50,233 bases of DNA, taken from the NCBI GenBank assembly GCA_036985755.1, contig BTQG01000004.1, positions 1 through 50,233 of the forward strand, given 5' to 3'. The stretch comes from Acidimicrobiia bacterium. Lineage in GTDB: Bacteria; Actinomycetota; Acidimicrobiia; Spongiisociales; UBA5794. The notes below the pieces were generated by a model. The model had not been told where the DNA came from. It did no database searches and saw only the letters and a list, made by a program, of their open reading frames with translations. The translations under genes were made by a program, and so were the position numbers. Positions 7,919 to 17,252 of this stretch are shown piece after piece (position 1 is the stretch's first letter; the number at the start of each line of letters is the position of its first letter).

Positions 7919-9619
7919 GTGATCCAACCAATGCCAACCGATCTGGAGATCGCGCGCGACGCCAAGCTGCGACCTATCCAGGAGGTCGCCGCCGACATGG
8001 GGGTTCCTTCCGAGTACGTCGAGTTACGCGGCAGGGAGATGGCCAAGATCTCGCTCGAGGCCATCGCGGCAATGGGGGCGCCGCGCGCCAAATACGTGCT
8101 GATAACAGCGACCAACCCCACCCCCCTCGGTGAAGGCAAGACCACGACTGCGGTCGGGCTCGCCCAGGGGTTCAAGTACATCGACCGTCAGGCCGTCGTG
8201 TCCCTACGCCAGCCCTCGCTCGGGCCGACATTCGGCATCAAGGGCGGCGCCGCCGGCGGCGGCTACTCCCAGGTGGTTCCGATGGAGGAGATGAACCTCC
8301 ACCTGACCGGCGACTTCCACGCCGTGACCGCGGCCAACAACCTCATCGCCGCCCTTGTCGACAACCACATCTATCAGGGCAACCAGCTATCGATCGGACC
8401 CGATGATGTGACCTGGAAGCGGGTGCTCGATGTCAACGACCGGACCCTACGCGACATCGTCATCGGCCTCGGAGGCAAGATCAACGGTGTGGCCCGCGAA
8501 ACGGGCTTTGATATCACCGCGGCCAGCGAGGTCATGGCCATCCTCGGCCTGGCCACCGACATACACGACCTGCGCCTGAGACTGGGTCGCACCCTCGTTG
8601 GCTACGACCGGCACCGGCAGCCGGTGACCGCCGACGCCGTCAACGCTGCAGGGTCGGCGGCGGTGCTGTTGAAGGACGCGTTGTCCCCCAACCTGATGCA
8701 AACTCTCGAGGGAACCCCGGCCATTGTCCATACCGGCCCTTTTGCCAACATCGCCCACGGCAACTCGTCGATCGTTGGCGACTATGTGGGGATTCGCTCC
8801 GGTGACTACCTGATCACCGAAGCAGGTTTCGGCGCCGACATCGGCGCCGAGAAGTTTTTCAACATCAAGTGCCGTGCCTCGGGGCTCGCCCCCGACGCTG
8901 CCGTCGTCGTGACCACGGTGCGGTCGATGAAATACCACTCCGGCAACCATGTGATCAAAGCCGGGCTTCCCTTGCCAGAGGGCCTGGTCGAGGAGAACCC
9001 TGACGATGTCACCGAAGGTGCGGCAAACCTCCGTCGCCATATCGCCATCGTCCGGCGCCATGGTGTTACTCCTGTGGTTTCGATCAACGCCTTTCCCACC
9101 GACTACGCCTCAGAGCACGAAGTGATCGCGAAGGTCGCCGAGTCCGAGGGGGTGCGCTGGGCGATCACCCAGCCACACGCCGAGGGTGGTCCCGGCATGG
9201 TCGACCTGGCCCGTGCCGTCGAAGAAGCCACCACTGAGGGATCGGATTTCGAGCTGCTCTATCCAGATGAGATGCCGCTTCGAGAGAAGATCGAAACGAT
9301 CGCCGGTGAGGTCTACGGTGCGGATGGAGTCAAGTTCGATGCAGCCGCAGACCGCCAGCTCAAACGGTATGAGAATCTCGGCTGGGGGGGCCTTCCGATC
9401 TGCATGGCGAAGACCCAATCCTCGTTGACCGACAACGCCTCGGTGCTGGGTGCACCGGAGGGCTGGACGCTCCGGATCCGCGAGGTGCAGGCGTCGGTCG
9501 GTGCCGGGTTCATCCTGCCCCTCACCGGATTGATCAACAGGATGCCGGGCCTGGGATCCAGTCCCGCCGCCCACAGGGTCGACATCGACGAAGACGGCAA
9601 CGTGGTTGGGCTCTCCTGA
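7919..9619 (+). CDS. fhs: Formate--tetrahydrofolate ligase
   Basis: PTPLGEGKTT, GIKGGAAGGGYSQV, HTGPFANIAHGNSS, TEAGFGADIGAEKF, CMAKTQ. Confidence 0.97.
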   Translation: MIQPMPTDLEIARDAKLRPIQEVAADMGVPSEYVELRGREMAKISLEAIAAMGAPRAKYVLITATNPTPLGEGKTTTAVGLAQGFKYIDRQAVVSLRQPSLGPTFGIKGGAAGGGYSQVVPMEEMNLHLTGDFHAVTAANNLIAALVDNHIYQGNQLSIGPDDVTWKRVLDVNDRTLRDIVIGLGGKINGVARETGFDITAASEVMAILGLATDIHDLRLRLGRTLVGYDRHRQPVTADAVNAAGSAAVLLKDALSPNLMQTLEGTPAIVHTGPFANIAHGNSSIVGDYVGIRSGDYLITEAGFGADIGAEKFFNIKCRASGLAPDAAVVVTTVRSMKYHSGNHVIKAGLPLPEGLVEENPDDVTEGAANLRRHIAIVRRHGVTPVVSINAFPTDYASEHEVIAKVAESEGVRWAITQPHAEGGPGMVDLARAVEEATTEGSDFELLYPDEMPLREKIETIAGEVYGADGVKFDAAADRQLKRYENLGWGGLPICMAKTQSSLTDNASVLGAPEGWTLRIREVQASVGAGFILPLTGLINRMPGLGSSPAAHRVDIDEDGNVVGLS

Positions 9620-9676
9620 GTCACAATCGCAAGTGACGAGCAGCTTGTGTCTAGCTTGTCCACGAAAGGAGCCCTC

Positions 9677-10048
9677 TTGGCTGCACCCGACGACGTAGTC
9701 AAGCTGGATGAGAAGTTTGCGAAGTTCGACGATCGGTGGTCGCCGAAGATCGTCGCCGAGTTCAACGGCCTCCACGTCAAAGTGGCCAAAGTGGAGGGAG
9801 AGTTCGTCTGGCACGGCCACGACGACACCGACGAGTTCTTCCTGGTCAGATCGGGACGACTGACCATCGAGCTTCGGGGTCGGCCGGCGGTGACCCTCGG
9901 CCCCGGCGAGCTGTTCGTCGTCCCGAGGGGGGTCGAGCACCGCCCGGTTGCCGACGGGTACTGTGAGATCCTCCTGCTCGAACCGGCCGGCGTGGTCAAC
10001 ACCGGAGCCATCGAGGGTGATCTCACCGCCTCGGCAGAGTGGATCTGA
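9677..10048 (+). CDS. Cupin domain protein
   Basis: WSPKIVA, GEFVWHGHDDTDEFFLV, VVPRGVEHRP; AAGGAG RBS before TTG. Confidence 0.9.
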   Translation: MAAPDDVVKLDEKFAKFDDRWSPKIVAEFNGLHVKVAKVEGEFVWHGHDDTDEFFLVRSGRLTIELRGRPAVTLGPGELFVVPRGVEHRPVADGYCEILLLEPAGVVNTGAIEGDLTASAEWI

Positions 10049-10074
10049 GAGCGATGCCCCAGGTCCCCAGTCGC

Positions 10075-10240
10075 GAGCCTCCTTCGCCTTTTGGCGAAGT
10101 GGGGGAGGTGCGAGCATCCGGCCGAAGGCCGGAGCTCGACTGCCTGGCTGAGCTCATCCAAGCGCACAGCCCCCAACAGCCCCCTCTGCGTTGCGGCTTG
10201 CGCCGCAACGCGTCTCCCCCGCTTTGCGGTGGAGACGAAG
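10075..10240. repeat. Composite REP/REPIN-like palindromic element, locus 1
   Basis: Two inverted double-hairpin units (10075-10135 and 10179-10240) around a GAGCTC...TGAGCTCAT spacer; related sequence at 18324-18450 and 40809-41046. Confidence 0.75.
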
Positions 10241-10327
10241 ACGGCTGACTGAGCTCGTCTGATCGCCCATGCTCCCAAGGCTCCCTCATCGACCGACGAC
10301 CGACGACTTTCTCTACACTCGCCGTCG

Positions 10328-12484
10328 ATGACCGCGACGGAAACGAAGAACGAGGATCCCTGGAGGTTGCGGCCGAGTGTCGCTCTTTTGATCCTCGCCG
10401 GGTCGGCGCTCATCGGCACGCTGTTGCTCGGCTGGCTCGGGACCCTTCCCGGGGAAGCGGACGCCGAGGTGCGCCGGGAGGTCTTCGGGAACATCCCGTC
10501 GATCATCGTCGTCCTGTTCTATGCGACGGCGTCCCTGTTCCTCGCTGTGGCCCTCTACCTGTTCGCCGAGCGCGCCCGCAGCTGGGAACGCGGCGCCTGG
10601 GAGCGGCGGAGCGGACACTGGAAACACAGGGCGAACAAGCTCGTTGACGCTCTCATGATGAAGACCGTCATGGAGGATCGAACGGCCGGGGTGATGCATT
10701 CCCTGATCTACTGGAGCTTCATCGTCTTGTTCCTGGGAACGGTCATCCTGGAGATCGACCACCTCGCCCCTGCGGCTGTCAAGTTCCTCAACGGGTGGTT
10801 CTACCAGGCGTACTCGGCGATTCTCGACCTCGCAGGGCTCGTCTTCCTTGGCGGCCTCGCCTGGGCGGCTGTCCGACGCTACGCGCAGCGGCCGTGGCGG
10901 CTACGTACCAAGACCAGACCGGAGGATGCCTGGATCCTCCTGATCCTGGCGCTGATCGGGATCACCGGCCTGCTCACCGAGGCCGCCAGGCTCTCGATGG
11001 TGGGCCGGCCCAGCTTTGAGGTGTGGTCCTTTGTCGGGTATCCGCTCAGCAACCTCATCCCTGCAGAGAACGCAGCGGGGATCCACCAGGCGCTCTGGAT
11101 CAGCCATGTCGTCGTGTTTTTCCTCTTCCTGGTGATGCTGCCGCTCACCAAGCTCCGCCACATGTTCACAACGCCGGTGAACCTCGCCCTGTTGCCGCGA
11201 GACCGCCCAAAAGGGGCGATGCGCGAGATGCCCAACCTGCTCGAGGCAACCGATATCGAGACGGTGGGTGCATCGAGGGTGGAGGACTTCACCTGGAAGC
11301 AACTGTTCGACACCGACGCCTGCACCATCTGCGGTCGATGCACCGACGTGTGCCCGGCGAACCAGACAGGGAAGTCGCTCGACCCACGCGAGATCGTGCT
11401 CAAGCTGGGCCAGGTGGCCGCGGACACCTACGGCATTTCGCCCCCGGTGAGCGTCAACGCCGAACTCACTGTTTCTTCTGACCTGGTGTTCGAGAGAATC
11501 ACCGCAGAAGAACTGTGGGCGTGCACCACGTGCCGGGCGTGTGACGAGGCCTGCCCGGCGGGGCTCGAGATCGTGGACAAGATCCTGGACATGCGCCGCT
11601 TCCTGTCGCTCATGGAGGCGGAATTTCCATCCGAGTTGGGCAAGACCTATCTGAACCTGGAGAATTCGTCGAACGTGTACGGAGCGGACCAGTCAACCAG
11701 GGGCGATTGGCGCGACGAGCTCGATTTCGAGGTGAAGATGCTCGGTGAGCCCGGAGTCACCGCCGAGTACCTGTACTGGGTGGGGTGTGCCGGTTCGTTC
11801 GACGATCGCAACCGCAAGGCGACGATTTCGACCGCCAAGCTCCTCCACGAGGCCGGGGTCGATTTCGCCATCCTCGGCCCCCGTGAGTTATGCAACGGCG
11901 ATCCGGCCCGACGCACAGGAAACGAATACGTGTTCCAGGGTCTCGCCCTCCAGAACATCGAGACCCTCAACGATCTCGGTGTGCACAAGGTGGTCACCCA
12001 ATGCCCGCACTGTTTCAACACCCTGGGCAACGAGTATCCACAGTTCGGAGGCGACTACGAGGTGATCCATCACTCGGAGTTGTTGATGTCGCTGATCTCT
12101 GATGGGAAGATCAAACCAAAGTCAAACGGGCAGAGCATCACCTTCCACGATCCCTGTTATCTGGGACGACACAACGACGTGTACGCACCGCCGCGTGACG
12201 TTGTCGACGCCGTCGGCACCAGGGTGGAGATGCCAAGGACCGGGAGCAAGTCCTTTTGCTGCGGAGCCGGGGGCGGCAAGATGTGGTACGAGGAGACGAC
12301 CGGTAAGCGGATCAATATCGAGCGCACGGAGGAAGCAGTCGCCACCGGCGCCGATGTCATCGCCGCCGGCTGCCCGTTCTGTTTCGTGATGCTCGACGAC
12401 GGCATCCGTGAGCTCGGTGTCGACGAGCAGGTCATCGTCAAGGATCTGGCGACGCTGCTCGAAGAGCAGGTGTTCGGCGATTGA
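10328..12484 (+). CDS. fadF: Membrane-anchored Fe-S oxidoreductase (FadF/HdrD-GlpC-like)
   Basis: NarI-like TM region, two CxxCxxCxxxCP motifs, two CCG domains (WVGC..CNG..CPHC; HDPC..CCGAGGG..CPFC). Confidence 0.88.
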   Translation: MTATETKNEDPWRLRPSVALLILAGSALIGTLLLGWLGTLPGEADAEVRREVFGNIPSIIVVLFYATASLFLAVALYLFAERARSWERGAWERRSGHWKHRANKLVDALMMKTVMEDRTAGVMHSLIYWSFIVLFLGTVILEIDHLAPAAVKFLNGWFYQAYSAILDLAGLVFLGGLAWAAVRRYAQRPWRLRTKTRPEDAWILLILALIGITGLLTEAARLSMVGRPSFEVWSFVGYPLSNLIPAENAAGIHQALWISHVVVFFLFLVMLPLTKLRHMFTTPVNLALLPRDRPKGAMREMPNLLEATDIETVGASRVEDFTWKQLFDTDACTICGRCTDVCPANQTGKSLDPREIVLKLGQVAADTYGISPPVSVNAELTVSSDLVFERITAEELWACTTCRACDEACPAGLEIVDKILDMRRFLSLMEAEFPSELGKTYLNLENSSNVYGADQSTRGDWRDELDFEVKMLGEPGVTAEYLYWVGCAGSFDDRNRKATISTAKLLHEAGVDFAILGPRELCNGDPARRTGNEYVFQGLALQNIETLNDLGVHKVVTQCPHCFNTLGNEYPQFGGDYEVIHHSELLMSLISDGKIKPKSNGQSITFHDPCYLGRHNDVYAPPRDVVDAVGTRVEMPRTGSKSFCCGAGGGKMWYEETTGKRINIERTEEAVATGADVIAAGCPFCFVMLDDGIRELGVDEQVIVKDLATLLEEQVFGD

Positions 12485-12974
12485 CCGACTGGCTGGCCAC
12501 CGTTCTGGTCGGCATTGCGATCGCCGTCGGCATTGCCGGCGTGGTCCTTCCCATCCTGCCGGGGCTGTTGCTCATCTGGGGGCTGCGCTGGTCTACGGGC
12601 TCATCGTCGGCTTCGGTTTCCCGGGGTGGCTGGCGATGGTGACGATCACCTCCCTGGCCGCGGTCGGCACCGGGATCATCTACTACCTGCCCGCGAGAAA
12701 GGCAGGGGAGGTTGGCATGCCGCGGTGGGGCCAGCTGGTCGCGGCAGGCGGCGCCATCGTCGGCTTCTTCGTCATCCCCATCGTCGGGGCAATCGTCGGC
12801 CTCGTCGCCGGCACTCTGTTGGTGGCATTGATCATCCACCGCGATCTCGGCGAAACGTTGGCCACGACCGTCACGATCCTGGTCGAGACCCTCAAGGCGG
12901 CAGCGATCCAACTGGCGCTGGCGCTTACGATGGCGGTCGTTTGGAGTCTGTGGGCGTTCAGCGTCCTGGTGTGA
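12481..12974 (+). pseudogene. DUF456-like membrane protein with a single-base frameshift
   Basis: TTG 12481 gives MTDWLATVLVGIAIAVGIAGVVLPILPGLLLIWG; the hydrophobic sequence continues (AALVYG...GFFVIPIVGAIVG) only in another frame after the G5 run at 12578-12582. May be a sequencing error. Confidence 0.75.
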
Positions 12975-14196
12975 CGGCCTGCGGCTCTGCGGCGGCGGTG
13001 AGGACGGCGGCGACCACGAACAGCGCCGCGGTCAGCGCCATCGGAAGGGAGTAGGAACCGGTTCCGTCTCGCAATAGCCCGACGATCAGGGGACCGGCAG
13101 CGGCCACGGTGGCGACGATCGTCCACTGCGTGCCCAGGATCGCGCCGTACCTCGGCCCCGAGTACCAGCGGCTCATCACCACGGCGCGCATCGGCGTCGC
13201 CGCACCAAACGCCAGACCGAAGACGATGAAGTGCGTCCCCATCTGCCACGGCGCCACCGTGATGGCGGCAAGGACGGTAGCTCCGCCCATGATCAGGGTC
13301 ACCGTGGCAGCCACCAGCACGGGGCGGATGCGATTGGACAGGTAGGGAGCGATCAATCGGCCGGGCAGGCTCATGAGCCCGGCGACAGCGGCCCACGCCG
13401 CCACCACCGTGACGGCGAAGCCCGCCTGCTCGAACACGGCGATGCGGTGGAAGATCAGCGCCTGCACGGCCATGAAGGTGAGCAGCGTGGCGACGGTGAA
13501 CAGGACAAAGCGGCGATCGGTGAGCAGGGCGGTCGGCCCGGTCTTCGGCGCGGTTTCGTGATGCTCGTGTCGTTCCCCCATGTGAGCCGGGAAGACGAAG
13601 ACGGTGGCGATGATCCCGGTCACCAGCAGGACGGCGGCGAGGATGCTCGCCACCGAGCGCCACCCGAGGTTCACGGTGAGGAACCCGGTGAGCGGGATGA
13701 AGATCGGTCCGGCGAGCCCTCCGATGACGGTGAGCATGGCAAGCGAGCGGGTGCTGCCGGCGAGGCCGAACCACTGGTCGACGGCGATGAAGGCGGGCTC
13801 GTAGAACGTCATCGCACCGGCGGGACCGATGAGCAGCCACGATACCAAGACCAGCTGCCAGCCGTTCTGGGAGGCGCCGAGTAGGAGCAGGCCGGCGGCG
13901 CCTACCAGCGTTCCGATCCCCATGATTCCGCGCACTCCGTGCCGATCAGCGGTATGTCCGACGACGAAGGCGAAACCACCGCCGACGAGCACGGCACCGG
14001 TCCACGCCACCGACAGCAAGGAGATCGAGTACTCGGCACCGGCGGCTTCTTGGGTGATGAAGATCGAATAGGCGTAGAACAGCGTGCCGAAGGCCACCAT
14101 GACCAGCACCGACAGGGCGATCATCTGCACGAGGCTCGGTTGGGCCGGGGTGTCGGATGGGGTCAAGCCATCACCGTATTGCGGCAAGTACAACAT
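12958..14196 (-). CDS. MFS transporter (start uncertain)
   Basis: About 12 TM segments, motif A GHTADRHGVR, GLLRDGTGSY. Confidence 0.9.
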   Translation of the reverse strand: MLYLPQYGDGLTPSDTPAQPSLVQMIALSVLVMVAFGTLFYAYSIFITQEAAGAEYSISLLSVAWTGAVLVGGGFAFVVGHTADRHGVRGIMGIGTLVGAAGLLLLGASQNGWQLVLVSWLLIGPAGAMTFYEPAFIAVDQWFGLAGSTRSLAMLTVIGGLAGPIFIPLTGFLTVNLGWRSVASILAAVLLVTGIIATVFVFPAHMGERHEHHETAPKTGPTALLTDRRFVLFTVATLLTFMAVQALIFHRIAVFEQAGFAVTVVAAWAAVAGLMSLPGRLIAPYLSNRIRPVLVAATVTLIMGGATVLAAITVAPWQMGTHFIVFGLAFGAATPMRAVVMSRWYSGPRYGAILGTQWTIVATVAAAGPLIVGLLRDGTGSYSLPMALTAALFVVAAVLTAAAEPQAVTPGR

Positions 14197-14275
14197 TCCA
14201 CGTATTGCGGCGCGATCTGGGCCCGACCGGTGCGTCCGTTGCGGATGCTGGGCGGCAACGGCCTATGGTCCATCG

Positions 14276-15094
14276 ATGCGCATTGGGTACCAGGGCGAGA
14301 TCGGTTCGTACAGTCATCGGGCGGTGACCGAGGTATCGGATACCGGGGAACCGGTCGGTTATGCCAGCTTCGCCGCCGCCTTCGCTGCATTGGAATCGGG
14401 CGAGGTCGATCGGCTGGTGGTTCCGATCGAGAACTCGACGACGGGGAGTGTGCTCCCGGTGCTCGATCGCCTGCCGGGGGACGAAGACCATCGGCCCTTT
14501 GCCATCGTCCAGGAGCACCTGGTCGAGATTCGCCACGCCATCGTCGGGATACCCGGTGTTGATATCGGGGTCGTTCGCCAGGTCCGGTCCCATCCGGAGG
14601 CTCTCGCCCAGGCGGAATACCACCTGACCGAGCTCGGCGTCGAGGCGGTGCCGAGCCACGACACCGCTGGTGCCGTCAGGGAGGTCGCCGAACTGGCCGA
14701 TCCCGGCATCGCCGCCCTGGCGCCGGCGTGGACGGCGGCTGCGCACGGCCTCGAGGTCCTGGCAGCCGACATCATGGATCGCGATCACAACACCACCCGA
14801 TTCGTTGTCCTTGCTCCCGGCCCCCCCAGTATCGAGGACGACGCCGACAAGACGACGATCGTGTTCACGACCGCCCATACCCCGGGCGCTCTTGCTCTGG
14901 TCCTCACCGAACTCGGCCTGCGGGGGGCGAACCTGACCAGGATTGAATCGCGCCCGGCGAAGGCGGCCTGGTCGTACCGGTTCTTTGTCGACCTCGTCCA
15001 CCCTGCGGGGGAGGAGGGGCTGTCGCGGGTGATCGAGCCACCCCCGGCGACATGCGAGGAGCTGCGCGTGCTCGGGAGCTACCGAGCACTATGA
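14276..15094 (+). CDS. pheA: Prephenate dehydratase
   Basis: YQGEIGSYS, VPIENSTTGSV, SHPEALAQ, NTTRF, ACT domain NLTRIESRP. Confidence 0.95.
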   Translation: MRIGYQGEIGSYSHRAVTEVSDTGEPVGYASFAAAFAALESGEVDRLVVPIENSTTGSVLPVLDRLPGDEDHRPFAIVQEHLVEIRHAIVGIPGVDIGVVRQVRSHPEALAQAEYHLTELGVEAVPSHDTAGAVREVAELADPGIAALAPAWTAAAHGLEVLAADIMDRDHNTTRFVVLAPGPPSIEDDADKTTIVFTTAHTPGALALVLTELGLRGANLTRIESRPAKAAWSYRFFVDLVHPAGEEGLSRVIEPPPATCEELRVLGSYRAL

Positions 15095-15101
15095 GCAGCT
15101 G

Positions 15102-15217
15102 CTAGGAGGGTGGTCGGAAATACTCCGGCGGGGCGCCGCGGTAGTCAGAAACCCAGTCAGTAGTGCGTCAGCCCAGCGGCGTCCCGTTGTACTCGTCATT
15201 TGCAACCACCCTCCCAG
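15102..15217. mobile_element. MITE-like element copy 2
   Basis: CTAG-GAGGGTGGTCGGAAAT...ATTTGCAACCACCCTC-CCAG; about 14 differences from copy 1 by manual alignment. Confidence 0.7.
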
Positions 15218-15320
15218 GTCCCGACCAGACACGAATGAGGCGGCGATGGCGGCGCCGATGAGCCGGCTGCTACCTGGGACGTTTCGGATCATCGAGTACC
15301 GTTGACGAGGAGGAGGAACC

Positions 15321-16208
15321 GTGCCCACCAGCACCACCAGTTTCGGCGCGGGCAAACGCGAGAGCCACGACGCTTCGTCGTATTACGCACGCCGCATGAA
15401 CCAGGCCCCCGAGCTCGAGGATGTGGGAGAGCTCGCCGATGCTCCGGCCAACGTGCTCGACTCGGTGTTCGTGCAGTCATCGGAGTCGATGGAGCAGCTG
15501 CCGGACAATTGCGTGGCGCTGATGGTGACCTCACCGCCGTACAACGTCGGTAAGGAGTATGACGAGGACCTCGATCTTGGCGAATATCTCGGGTTCCTCG
15601 AGCGGGTATTCACCGAGACCTATCGTGTGATCGAGCCGGGGGGGCGAGTGGCGGTCAATGTGGCCAACCTCGGGCGCAAGCCCTATCTCCCTCTCAATCA
15701 TCACGTCGCAGGTCTGCTCGGAGATATCGGATTCCTCCTTCGCGGCGAGATCGTCTGGCAAAAGGCCAAGGCTGCGGGTGGTTCGACGGCGTGGGGGTCG
15801 TGGCAGTCGGCGAAGAACCCGACGTTGCGCGACATCCATGAGTACGTCATCGTTGCCTCGAAGGGTCCCTTCCGCCGGGTCAGGGAAGGCGCCGATACCA
15901 TCAGCAAGGAGGAGTTCCTCGCGGCAACGGTCTCGGTTTGGGACATTCTCCCTGAGTCGGCGCGCCGGGTCGGGCACCCCGCCCCGTTCCCCGTCGAGCT
16001 CCCGCAGCGGCTCATCCAGCTGTACACCTTCACCGATGATCTGGTGCTCGACCCGTTTCTCGGCTCGGGCTCCACCGCGGTGGCTGCCGTCCAGAGCGCT
16101 AGGCACTACGTGGGTTACGAAACCGATGCCGAGTACGCGGCACTCGCCGAGCGCCGGATCGCGTCGGCTCACGCCGGTCACCACACCGACGCTGCTGCGG
16201 GTCTATAG
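15321..16208 (+). CDS. Site-specific DNA methyltransferase (N4-C/N6-A, beta class), orphan
   Basis: Catalytic TSPPY precedes HPAPFP and SAM-binding LDPFLGSGST; strong AGGAGG RBS. Confidence 0.92.
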   Translation: MPTSTTSFGAGKRESHDASSYYARRMNQAPELEDVGELADAPANVLDSVFVQSSESMEQLPDNCVALMVTSPPYNVGKEYDEDLDLGEYLGFLERVFTETYRVIEPGGRVAVNVANLGRKPYLPLNHHVAGLLGDIGFLLRGEIVWQKAKAAGGSTAWGSWQSAKNPTLRDIHEYVIVASKGPFRRVREGADTISKEEFLAATVSVWDILPESARRVGHPAPFPVELPQRLIQLYTFTDDLVLDPFLGSGSTAVAAVQSARHYVGYETDAEYAALAERRIASAHAGHHTDAAAGL

Positions 16209-16256
16209 ATTGAGTCCGGAGCGGCCGCACATGTTGCTTTTCTCCGTGAAATCCCA

Positions 16257-16910
16257 ATGACCGACGCTATCGACACGCCGATGGAGCGGGCGGTCCTCGT
16301 CGCCGTGCCGTTTCTGGTGGTGGGGCTCGTGCTCTCCCTCCCCCTCCTCTTCGTGACGTGGACCCCACCGCCACTGACACCGGTGACCGTCCACCTGTCC
16401 GGCCTGGTCCTGCTCGGCCTTGCTGCCGCGGTTTGGCTGGCGCCCCTGGCCGGCGCCGACTGGTTTCTCGGCCGCGCCTGGTCGCCATGGTGGCGGCTGG
16501 CCGCGTCCGGGGTGACGGTGGTCGTGATCAGCACCGGTGTGGTGGGGCTGGTGACGCTGGCATCTTCGGCGGCGCTGCGATACCCGCCGTCGATGCAGTT
16601 CCTCCAACTGCTGTCGGCACTCGACATCGCCTGGGCCGGCGCCGCCCTGGTGGTCGGGGCGCAGCGAGCCTGGGGCCGCCCGACCGCCGTCGCCGCCGGT
16701 GTCGTGCTTGGCGTGGCCTGCGTCTTCTCGATCTGGCGCTACCTCGACATGGTGGGGTTCGGCCCGGCGGGTGAGTGGATCGTCGACGGACCTGCGCTGT
16801 GGCGCAATGTGATCCCAGCGGACATGGCGGCCGGGCTGGTGGCCGTCGCCGTCTTCGTGTACGGAACTCGGCGCGTCGCAGCGGCGCCCACCGGCTCGCC
16901 GCCAGGCTGA
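16257..16910 (+). CDS. Hypothetical multi-pass membrane protein
   Basis: About 6 hydrophobic segments; fills the gap on the same strand as its neighbours. Confidence 0.7.
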   Translation: MTDAIDTPMERAVLVAVPFLVVGLVLSLPLLFVTWTPPPLTPVTVHLSGLVLLGLAAAVWLAPLAGADWFLGRAWSPWWRLAASGVTVVVISTGVVGLVTLASSAALRYPPSMQFLQLLSALDIAWAGAALVVGAQRAWGRPTAVAAGVVLGVACVFSIWRYLDMVGFGPAGEWIVDGPALWRNVIPADMAAGLVAVAVFVYGTRRVAAAPTGSPPG

Positions 16911-17252
16911 GCGACCCGTATCCATTGGCATCTCCGGGGAGTGTCGGGGTATTGGTGCCGGCGAGCCGGACTGAGCCCAGGCATGTGGCCTTGCGAGCGT
17001 ACGCGGTTATCGATCCGTTTACTCCCCGCTAGCACACTCTTATCCCGGTCCCCGCGATGCTGAACAGGCTTGAAACGAGGGGGCCAGGAATGAAAGACCA
17101 TCCAGATGGTTGCCGGCAGCCGAGTTGGAGGATGAACGATCCCCGTTGACAGTCGGCAACCATCTGCTGACCTCGCCTCGAAGGGTGGCGGCGGTCCGGT
17201 TGCTGTACCGGATGGTGACGCCGATGGTCGTCCTACTCGTGCGACGATCGGC

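Noticed and set aside
7919-12484. Wood-Ljungdahl or heterodisulfide reductase pathway inferred from fhs and the Hdr-like protein
   Set aside because: fhs is a common one-carbon enzyme, the Fe-S protein has FadF architecture, and no acs/cooS/hdrABC genes are present.
16911-17130. Possible ncRNA or riboswitch in the long intergenic gap
   Set aside because: I could not find a convincing stem set or known riboswitch consensus by eye. An Rfam cmscan would settle it.
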